Shown: positions 55,104 through 62,452 of the stretch, piece by piece
Position numbering within the stretch: the first letter of the stretch is position 1
Layout of the letters: each line of letters begins with the position of its first letter
Origin: Ktedonobacterales bacterium
GTDB lineage: Bacteria > Chloroflexota > Ktedonobacteria > Ktedonobacterales > JADMIN01
Direction of reading: 5' to 3'
DNA length: 64,000 nt
NCBI GenBank assembly: GCA_030167145.1
Contig: CP126532.1
Location: 4,675,189 to 4,739,188 of the forward strand
Notes under the pieces: model-generated
What the model saw: the letters and a program-made list of their open reading frames with translations, nothing else
Databases searched by the model: none
What the model was told of the DNA's origin: nothing
Position numbers and translations under genes: made by a program

Positions 55104-55890
55104 TGTTGCCCTCCTCGTCGCGGTAGCGCGCACGTAGGAATGCCATGATTCGTTTCAGACGATTGCGTACTGTTCTGCTATCCACTCCCAACAGCCGCGC
55201 GGCGTCATCTTGCGTCAAGTCGTCCCAGAACAGGAGTGCCAGAAGTTTTTGCTGCTCGGACGTCAATTCGGCAAGCAGCGCATCGAGATCTGCCGCTATC
55301 TCCACATTGGTATACGCATCGTCTGTGCTTGTGTCTGCTGGATCAGTGCCGGGCATATCATCATCGCCAGATTTCCGAGGACTAGAAAGACTCTGTGTCA
55401 TGTCCTTGGGGATGCGTTCAGGCATATCTACCCCTGGCCGAACCCACTGCCCTTGTTTCTGCATGTAATCCCATGCCACATGTTGCTCTAGGCGTCGCAG
55501 GCTAGTGTGGAAGTGTACCTCGAAGAACTGGCGCAGAGGATTGCGCAGCGTCTCGAGCAGAGCAGTGTAGCCTTCTTGCTCCAGTTCTTCCGCCAACTCA
55601 GGAATCTGTCCGCTTCGAGAGCGATGGGCAATGTCACGCGACCACCTTGACATCTCTGTGGTCAAGGCTGAGAAGATGACCGTCACAATGCGGTTGGCTT
55701 CGGCCTCGGCCTGCGCCGCCAGCCGCTCGCGGAAGCATCTGACCAGTATCTCCACTGGCAGGAGGTCGCCTTCCTTACGCTCGATGGCGAGCCAGTAGTC
55801 CGCGCTGCCAGGGGGAGGCAACTGCTGGAAGAGAGCGTCCAGTTGAACTCGCCTGGCTGCGTGGGCATCTTCGTGGTGATCATCTCCCAT
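55096..55890 (-). CDS. Sigma-70 family protein (clear region 4; atypical, long N-terminal part)
   Basis: C-terminal LTSEQQKLLALLFWDDLTQDDAARLLGVDSRTVRNRLKRIMAFLR is a canonical sigma region-4 HTH. The ATG at 55890 is preceded by AAGGAG. The track ORF extension to 56025 is not supported. Confidence 0.65.
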   Translation of the reverse strand: MGDDHHEDAHAARRVQLDALFQQLPPPGSADYWLAIERKEGDLLPVEILVRCFRERLAAQAEAEANRIVTVIFSALTTEMSRWSRDIAHRSRSGQIPELAEELEQEGYTALLETLRNPLRQFFEVHFHTSLRRLEQHVAWDYMQKQGQWVRPGVDMPERIPKDMTQSLSSPRKSGDDDMPGTDPADTSTDDAYTNVEIAADLDALLAELTSEQQKLLALLFWDDLTQDDAARLLGVDSRTVRNRLKRIMAFLRARYRDEEGNNG

Positions 55891-56227
55891 GCCGAACTCC
55901 TTCTTGCCAGTGGTGATAGGTCTGGCGACACGCGGAGTTCCCGCGACCACGCGCGGAAAGCGGCATGCCGTCGTCACCAGTATAGGAGTCGGATAGGGAA
56001 CGGTCAACACTAGCTCTTGAAACATCGCAAACCTCTCAATTGAGGATATCAGGGACAGCAGCGGTGCGCTGCGCTCATCACTGCCTTCGAAATACGGCGG
56101 CGCGGGTCAAAGTCGGAAAGGGCCGCCCGGCATTCTTACCGTTGACACTGCCGGTACCATAGCTGAGCCAGAGGTGTCGGCCCTGAATTCATGCATGTTA
56201 AGCGCATTGGAGTAGGAGTGATTACGC

Positions 56228-57094
56228 ATGCTTCGCATCTCACGACATCTGTTGTTTCTCGCCATCTTTACCACGAGCATGCTGTTAATGGCATGCGGCA
56301 GCGCAACGGGCAGAGCATCCAGTACCCCGACATCAGCGGCGACGGCGACGGCGACGGCCACGACGCCCAGCGGCTGCGCTGCCGCTTCTGGTTTCGCTTC
56401 CGCAGGCGTGCCCAACCTGGGCGCACACTTCGGCGATGTGAGTTTTCCTTCGGGGGCGATCAGCTATAATACGACGACGCCAGAAACCAATGGCTTCCAA
56501 TTCCGGCTGGTCCACACTTGTGTCGTGGGGTTGACGCCTGCCGCACTACGGAATTTTTACAACACGCACAGCACTAGCCAGGGGTGGAGTTTGACCGACA
56601 CTGTGCCAGTGAATGGCGACCTCAGCACGGCCTGCCCCACTCCTGCCTATTGTTGGATAAAGAATGATGGGGTGATCCGGTTCCTGAATCTTGAGGATGT
56701 CGCATCGGCTGGTAGCGTGACCACATACACCCTACGGCTGATTATCGAGCCGCTAGCCAGCGGTGGTGCCCTGCTCAATCCCGGTGATACCTACGACTTC
56801 GATCCAACTGGCCCAGGCAGCGGCGCCAACGATCTGACCTGGACAGGCAGCCAGTTGACACTTGCCAGCGGCGTGACCTATCACGCGGTGGGTAGTGGCG
56901 CGTTCAATACGGTGGGTTATGCAGATGTCGCGGGTTACACCTACGGCGTGGGGCCAGTGCCAGGGAGCGCGCTGGCAGTGGGGGCGATCTTTGCGGTGCA
57001 GACCGGAGATCATCACTTTGTGAAGGTGCGAGTGGTGAATCATGCAGGCTCGCAACTGAACGTCGAAGCAGTGACCTATCCCTATACCTTTTAG
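56228..57094 (+). CDS. Secreted lipoprotein, function unknown
   Basis: Signal peptide with lipobox LLMAC-G, a Thr/Ala-rich linker, then a beta-rich domain. GGAGTAGGAG SD. Confidence 0.6.
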   Translation: MLRISRHLLFLAIFTTSMLLMACGSATGRASSTPTSAATATATATTPSGCAAASGFASAGVPNLGAHFGDVSFPSGAISYNTTTPETNGFQFRLVHTCVVGLTPAALRNFYNTHSTSQGWSLTDTVPVNGDLSTACPTPAYCWIKNDGVIRFLNLEDVASAGSVTTYTLRLIIEPLASGGALLNPGDTYDFDPTGPGSGANDLTWTGSQLTLASGVTYHAVGSGAFNTVGYADVAGYTYGVGPVPGSALAVGAIFAVQTGDHHFVKVRVVNHAGSQLNVEAVTYPYTF

Positions 57095-57262
57095 CCGCGT
57101 CAGGTGGCCGTGCTTGCCGCCCACTTGGGGCACGCATTGACGTTCCTTGAACGCCCCTCGTACCATGTGACAGAGTACACGCATCGCCAGATCTAGGGGG
57201 ATCTGGTGGCAGGTACTCTGGACCCGCGCAACAGCCGCGTGGAGCGGAGCGATGGAGGCGGC

Positions 57263-58123
57263 ATGAGCGATAGCGATAGTGTACGCCCGGCCATACACAC
57301 CGTCGGCATTATCTATCGTGAGCGATCAGCGGAGGCGAGTGCGCTGGCCCACACGCTGGCGGCGCGGATGTCTGCGGGTGGGCGGCGTGCGTGGCTCGCC
57401 GAACGCGAGGATGAAGCGGAGATCGTGGACCAGTTGGTGGGTACAGAGTTGGCGCTCGTACTTGGCGGCGATGGCACGATTTTGTCCGTTGCCCGGCTCT
57501 GCGCGCCGCTCCAGATTCCTATCCTGGGTGTCAACTTTGGGCGCGTCGGCTTCCTGACGGAACTGGAACCGTTGGAGGTCGAGGAAAAGCTGCCGCTCTA
57601 TCTCAACGGCGATTACTGGGTGGACGAGCGCACGATGCTTCAGGCGGAGGTTGGGCACGATGGCGCGACAGAACACCTGATTGCGCTCAACGATGTGGTG
57701 CTGGCGCGTGGCGCTGAGCCACGAGTCATTCGCGTGAAGGTCTGGATTGACGGACATCTCTACAACACCACCGTCGCCGATGGCGTGATTGTCTCCACCG
57801 CGACCGGCTCCACAGCCTACAATCTGGCGGCAGGCGGCCCGATTCTCCATCCGCAGGTGCGCAGCAGCGTCCTCACACCACTCGCGCCGCATTTGGCCGC
57901 TGATCGCTCGCTGATTCTGGAGCCAAGCGCCGTTATCACGCTCGAAGTGGAGGAGCGCTCCGGAGCGGCGGTGCTCTCCGCCGATGGACAGATCAACCGC
58001 GACTTGGCGGTGGGCAGCCGTGTGGTTATTCGCGGCAACGCGCACATGACGCGCTTTTTGCGCCGCCGCCCGCCGACCTACTTCTATAGGATTCTGACGG
58101 CGAAACTGCGAGATAATCTCTAG
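57263..58123 (+). CDS. nadK: NAD kinase
   Basis: GGDGTILSVARL, NFGRVGFLTE, NDVV and STATGSTAYNLAAGGPIL. The ATG follows GGAGG. Confidence 0.9.
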   Translation: MSDSDSVRPAIHTVGIIYRERSAEASALAHTLAARMSAGGRRAWLAEREDEAEIVDQLVGTELALVLGGDGTILSVARLCAPLQIPILGVNFGRVGFLTELEPLEVEEKLPLYLNGDYWVDERTMLQAEVGHDGATEHLIALNDVVLARGAEPRVIRVKVWIDGHLYNTTVADGVIVSTATGSTAYNLAAGGPILHPQVRSSVLTPLAPHLAADRSLILEPSAVITLEVEERSGAAVLSADGQINRDLAVGSRVVIRGNAHMTRFLRRRPPTYFYRILTAKLRDNL

Positions 58124-58171
58124 TGGTCACTCTGGTTGTAGCGATGAGCGCTCAATGGGATATGGACAGCG

Positions 58172-60025
58172 ATGTTGCTCGAACTCACCATCAATAATTT
58201 CGCCATCATTGATAGCCTGCGTCTCACCTTCGATCCGCATTTCAATGTCTTCACTGGCGAGACGGGCGCTGGCAAATCAATACTCATAGATGCTATCTCG
58301 GCGTTGGTGGGCGAGCGCACTGGCAGCGACGTGGTGCGGGCGGGCAGTGACCGTGCGCTGATCGAAGGTGTCTTCGATCTCGCTATGTTGGCGTCGGCTG
58401 GCAACGGCGCATCCGACCGTACCCAGAAGCGGCAGGCGCGAGATGAGGAGGAACGGGAAGAGACGGAGACACTTGCCGATGTGCTTGCAGACCTTGGTAT
58501 CGCGCCAGAAGAGGATGGCGTGTTGATTCTCTCGCGCGAAATTCTGGCGAGCGGACGCGGCATTGCGCGGGTGAATCGGCGCGCTGTGCCAGTGTCGAGC
58601 TTGCAGCGCGTGGGACGCTTCCTGGTGGATATGCATGGCCAGAGCGCGCATCTGGAACTGCTACGGCCTGAGCAGCACGTCCACTATCTGGACCGCTATG
58701 CCGGAACAGTGGAGCTTCAGCGCCAGGTAGCCGAGCAGGTACTCCAGTTGCGGGCGACGCGCCGTGAGCTAGAACGTCTGCGTCAGGACGAACGCGAAAT
58801 CGAGCGACAAATCGAGTTGCTGCGCTACCAGGTAGACGAGATTGAGGCGGCGCGGTTGCGTCCTGGTGAACTGGAAGACCTGGAGACCGAACGCAGGCGA
58901 TTAGCCAACGCCGAACGTCTGGGAGAACTTTCCGCGCTAGCGCATGCCGCGCTTGCCGGCGATGGCGAGAGCGATACGCCGGGCGCGGTGGATCTGCTGG
59001 CGGGTGCGGCGCGCACATTGGGCGACCTGCTACGGCTAGATGATTCGCTGCACGAACACATGGAACCTTTAGAGCAGGCGTTGTATTTGGCGCAGGAAGT
59101 GGGCACGGCGCTGCGCGGTTATCAGGACGAACTGGCGGCGGACCCGGCGCGACAGGCAGAGGTGGAGGAGCGGCTCGACCTGCTGGCGAAGCTCCGTCGC
59201 AAGTATGGCGCAACGATTGAGGCGATGCTGGACTATGCGACACGCGCCGCGACTGAGCTGGATGAATTGACCCACCGTGAGGAGCGCGCGGAGGCGCTGG
59301 CGGAGGTGGAGCATGATCTGAAGGTACAGATCGGCGCACTGGCAGGGCGACTCTCGCGGCGGCGGAGCGAGGCGGCGGGGCAGTTAGCGGCAGCGATGGA
59401 GCGCGAGCTAGACGATCTGAATATGCGCCGGGCACGGGTGCTGGTACGAATTACGCAAGCGCCTGACCCGGAGGGTGTGCCCGCCGAGCTAGAGGGCGCG
59501 AGCGCGCCAGTGTTCTATTCGTTCACGGTAACGGGCATTGACCGCGTGGAGTTTCTCTTTGCACCGAACCCTGGTGAGCCACCAAAGCCACTGGCGCGCA
59601 TCGCCTCTGGCGGCGAGACATCACGCCTGATGCTGGCGCTGAAAACGATTCTGGCGGCTGCCGATATTGTACCAGTGCTGATCTTCGATGAGATTGATAG
59701 CGGCATAAGCGGACGCAGCGGCCAGGTAGTAGCCGAGAAGCTGTGGCAACTTGGCCGTACACATCAAGTGCTCTGCGTAACCCATCTGGCGCAGATCGCG
59801 GCGCTGGGCGACCGCCACTATCGCGTAGCCAAAGCGAGCGATGACAATCGCACTTCAACGCGCGTGTCAACGCTGGCGGATGGCGAGCGAGTGGCCGAGG
59901 TGAGCCAGATGCTCGGCGGGGCGAACACGGCGGCGGCGCGCGCTAACGCGACGGAACTGCTTGCACGCGGCGCAGCGTGGAAGGCGGCCAGCGCGAGCAA
60001 CGCGGCGCCCGCGCAGACTGCCTGA
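58172..60025 (+). CDS. recN: DNA repair protein RecN
   Basis: MLLELTINNFAIIDSLRLTFDPHFNVFTGETGAGKSILIDAI, a long coiled coil, a C-terminal SGGETSRLMLALK signature, and LIFDEIDSGISG. Confidence 0.95.
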   Translation: MLLELTINNFAIIDSLRLTFDPHFNVFTGETGAGKSILIDAISALVGERTGSDVVRAGSDRALIEGVFDLAMLASAGNGASDRTQKRQARDEEEREETETLADVLADLGIAPEEDGVLILSREILASGRGIARVNRRAVPVSSLQRVGRFLVDMHGQSAHLELLRPEQHVHYLDRYAGTVELQRQVAEQVLQLRATRRELERLRQDEREIERQIELLRYQVDEIEAARLRPGELEDLETERRRLANAERLGELSALAHAALAGDGESDTPGAVDLLAGAARTLGDLLRLDDSLHEHMEPLEQALYLAQEVGTALRGYQDELAADPARQAEVEERLDLLAKLRRKYGATIEAMLDYATRAATELDELTHREERAEALAEVEHDLKVQIGALAGRLSRRRSEAAGQLAAAMERELDDLNMRRARVLVRITQAPDPEGVPAELEGASAPVFYSFTVTGIDRVEFLFAPNPGEPPKPLARIASGGETSRLMLALKTILAAADIVPVLIFDEIDSGISGRSGQVVAEKLWQLGRTHQVLCVTHLAQIAALGDRHYRVAKASDDNRTSTRVSTLADGERVAEVSQMLGGANTAAARANATELLARGAAWKAASASNAAPAQTA

Positions 60026-60053
60026 GCGCGTAGCACGGCATGCCAGTTGTGTG

Positions 60054-60077
60054 CTGCCAGCGAACGGCAGGACTTTT
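60054..60077 (+). terminator. Weak intrinsic-terminator candidate after recN (CTGCC-AGCGAAC-GGCAG then GACTTTT)
   Basis: The stem is only 5 bp and the T-run is short. Confidence 0.3.
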
Positions 60078-60202
60078 GCCCTGGCCCGCTCTGGTACGAT
60101 TTGCCTGTCGCCAGTTGTGACGTATGCGACCGCTGAGCCGCTTGGAAAGTAGAGGGCGCACGCGTTCGCCTGCGCTGCACATCGCCTGGCTCTTTCGGCG
60201 CA

Positions 60203-60220
60203 TGCTATACTATGCTATGT
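60203..60220 (+). promoter_or_regulatory. Tandem extended -10-like elements TGCTATACT / TGCTATGT upstream of rsfS
   Basis: This is the same TGCTATACT nonamer seen upstream of prs. It lies 65 nt before the ATG at 60276. Confidence 0.35.
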
Positions 60221-60275
60221 GCGGATGTGCTCAGCGTCGCGAGGCGAACAACGCGCCAGAGTCAACGAGAGTCAC

Positions 60276-60641
60276 ATGTGCGAAAGGAGCGCGTTTCTGG
60301 AGCCTACCGAGCTAGCGAAAACGCTCGTTGATGTCGCGGCGGATAAGAAGGCGATTGATATCGCGCTGCTGGATATTCGCGGGATTTCCGTGCTGGCGGA
60401 TTACTTTGTGATCTGTACAGGCGCGAATTCACGGCAGATCAACGCCATTCTTTCGGCGATTGACGACAAGCTGGATGAATTGGACCTGCCCAGGCATAAG
60501 CGCGAGGGCGACCCTGAAAGTGGCTGGGTGCTGATTGACGCCGGGGACGTGATTGTCCACGTATTTGGTCCGATGGAGCGCGAGTTTTACCGGCTCGAAC
60601 GGCTCTGGAGCGATGCTCCGACGGTGATGTACCTGCAATAA
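60276..60641 (+). CDS. rsfS: Ribosomal silencing factor RsfS (iojap family)
   Basis: DKKAIDIALLDIRGISVLADYFVICTGANSRQINAI ... WVLIDAGDVIVHVFGPMEREFYRLERLW. The start is uncertain (ATG at 60276, or a downstream non-ATG after AAGGAG). Confidence 0.85.
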   Translation: MCERSAFLEPTELAKTLVDVAADKKAIDIALLDIRGISVLADYFVICTGANSRQINAILSAIDDKLDELDLPRHKREGDPESGWVLIDAGDVIVHVFGPMEREFYRLERLWSDAPTVMYLQ

Positions 60642-60656
60642 ACGCAGCGAAGGGGT

Positions 60657-60848
60657 GTGACGGCAATGGCGACGTTACGGAATCGGTTCTTCGTCGAGGG
60701 GATTTTGCTGGGCGGGCTATGTGGCGTGGCGCTAGGCACCATTCTTGCCTTCCAGGTCAATAATGAACGTGTTGGCGCTGCGCGGCGCCTGTTGCAGCGC
60801 GCTGTGCGCCGCGAGCAGACAGTGCCTTTTGAGCTTATTCGTCAATAG
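60657..60848 (+). CDS. Small single-pass membrane protein (YtxH-like impression)
   Basis: 63 aa with one hydrophobic helix (FFVEGILLGGLCGVALGTILAF) and a basic tail. It starts 16 nt after rsfS. Confidence 0.4.
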   Translation: MTAMATLRNRFFVEGILLGGLCGVALGTILAFQVNNERVGAARRLLQRAVRREQTVPFELIRQ

Positions 60849-61008
60849 GCAGTATCCGCGCTGTGACGCTGTTCTGGTGGCTGGCGTGGCGCGTGACCAT
60901 ACGCTTTTCCATACATTCTCGCACTCATCCCATCACCCGTGACACATGGTTCTTGCGTGTCACGGGTTACTTCATTTTGTGGCGGTACGCGCGAAGGAAG
61001 GTGGGTGT

Positions 61009-62020
61009 ATGAGAGAATTTAGTGCGATTGCGCGCGACCCTGGCGCGTTTCAGCAACCCCTCACGCTCGACCAGATACGCGCCGTGTGTCTCCGTGCTTT
61101 CGATAGCGATGCGTTGCTCTCCGTCCGTGAACTCGGTGGCGGCAGTTTCAACACGGTGTACCTTGTGCGCGTGGCTGAGCGAGAGCCGGTAATTCTGCGG
61201 ATTGCGCCACCGCCAGAGTGCGCGGTTCCCTGGCACGAGCACGCTTTGATGCGCCGAGAGCACAGCATTCAGCCATATCTTGCGCCCATCGCGCCATTGC
61301 TTCCTCAGACTCTTTTGGCCGACTTTACACATCAGGTGCTGCCGCGCGATTATCTCTTCCAGACGTTTCGCGCTGGTGAGCGTTGGGACCAGATTGCCGC
61401 CACTCTCACGGATGCGGAAGAAATGCGCGTGGCGGCAATTGGCGCACATTGCGAAGTCTATCCATCAGGTTGAAGGACCAGCCTTTGGGTATCCCTATCC
61501 CGGTCAGCAATTCCCTACGTGGAGCGCCACGGTACTTGCCTGGCTCGCATGGTGTGGCGACGATGTAGATGCCACCGGAGCCGATGCGACCGAGATCCGT
61601 GCCTTTGGCGCGCTCGCAGGTGAGCATGCGAACGTACTTGATGAGATTCGTGTTCCGCGCCTGCTGCATGGCGATCTGTGGCCTTTCAACGTGCTGATCC
61701 AGCGCGACGCGGATGGGCCGAACATCGTGGCGGTGCTGGATAACGACCGCCTCTCGTGGGGCGATCCGCTCGCTGACTGGACATTTCACCTGCTGCCGCG
61801 CAAGGCGTCCGCAACGGCTCGCGCTGCATTCTGGGACGCCTACGGCCATCCTTCACAGACCGCGAGCGCGCGATTCCGCGACCTGGTCTACGAAGGGTTG
61901 CACGCGGGAAATGTGCTTGCCGACGTGAAACGCAGGCGGCGAGATGATCTCGTGCCCGCGGTTCAGGAGAGCTTGCACACGGTGGCAGTGTCGCTCATGT
62001 CGCATGTCTCCACTCTCTGA
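61009..62020 (+). pseudogene. Aminoglycoside/choline-kinase-type phosphotransferase (APH family) interrupted by a frameshift near 61415-61432
   Basis: The N-terminal lobe (ELGGGSFNTVYLV...VILRIAPP) is in frame 1 and stops at 61473. The continuation (WRQLAHIAKSIHQVEG ... LLHGDLWPFNVLI ... VLDNDRLSWGDPLADW, i.e. the HxDxxxxN and DxD kinase motifs) is in frame 2 up to 62020. Confidence 0.7.
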
Positions 62021-62452
62021 AAGGTCGTTGTCAGAACGCCAAGGATTGGCTTCTGGCCGGAGAGCAACACTGATGTGAAGGAATATTGTCCGGCATAAGA
62101 CATGCCAACTACAGCCATACGTCCCCTTGGTGATGAATTTCTTCGCGGGCGAGTGCTATGCTGTGGTCTATGTGTGCAACGCAGATGTTCCCGCTGTACG
62201 TAGATGTACGTAGTGTGTGCTATGCTGACACGCGCCGTGAGAATTCATAGTCGTGGCTTGCGAGAATGCGCGCCATGTGCATCAATGGCACACATTGCGG
62301 CATATGCACTACGTAGAAGAAGTGGGATCGCGGTGAAAGCGTCCCAATAGTTGAATGACAAACGATGGCTGGCGCACGTTCTTCGCGAGCAGAGAAGGCT
62401 TTTGGCTCGCTGGAGCCGGTAGCGCTATTGCGCAATGAAAGTGGACCGCAGG

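Noticed and set aside
55891-56025. N-terminal 45-codon extension of the sigma-like ORF
   Set aside because: The internal ATG at 55890 has an AAGGAG SD. The extension is hydrophobic and Pro-rich with no sigma-like sequence.
58383-59435. 350-aa minus-strand ORF
   Set aside because: It is antisense to recN. The Pro/Arg/Ala-rich shadow frame comes from the coiled-coil coding region.
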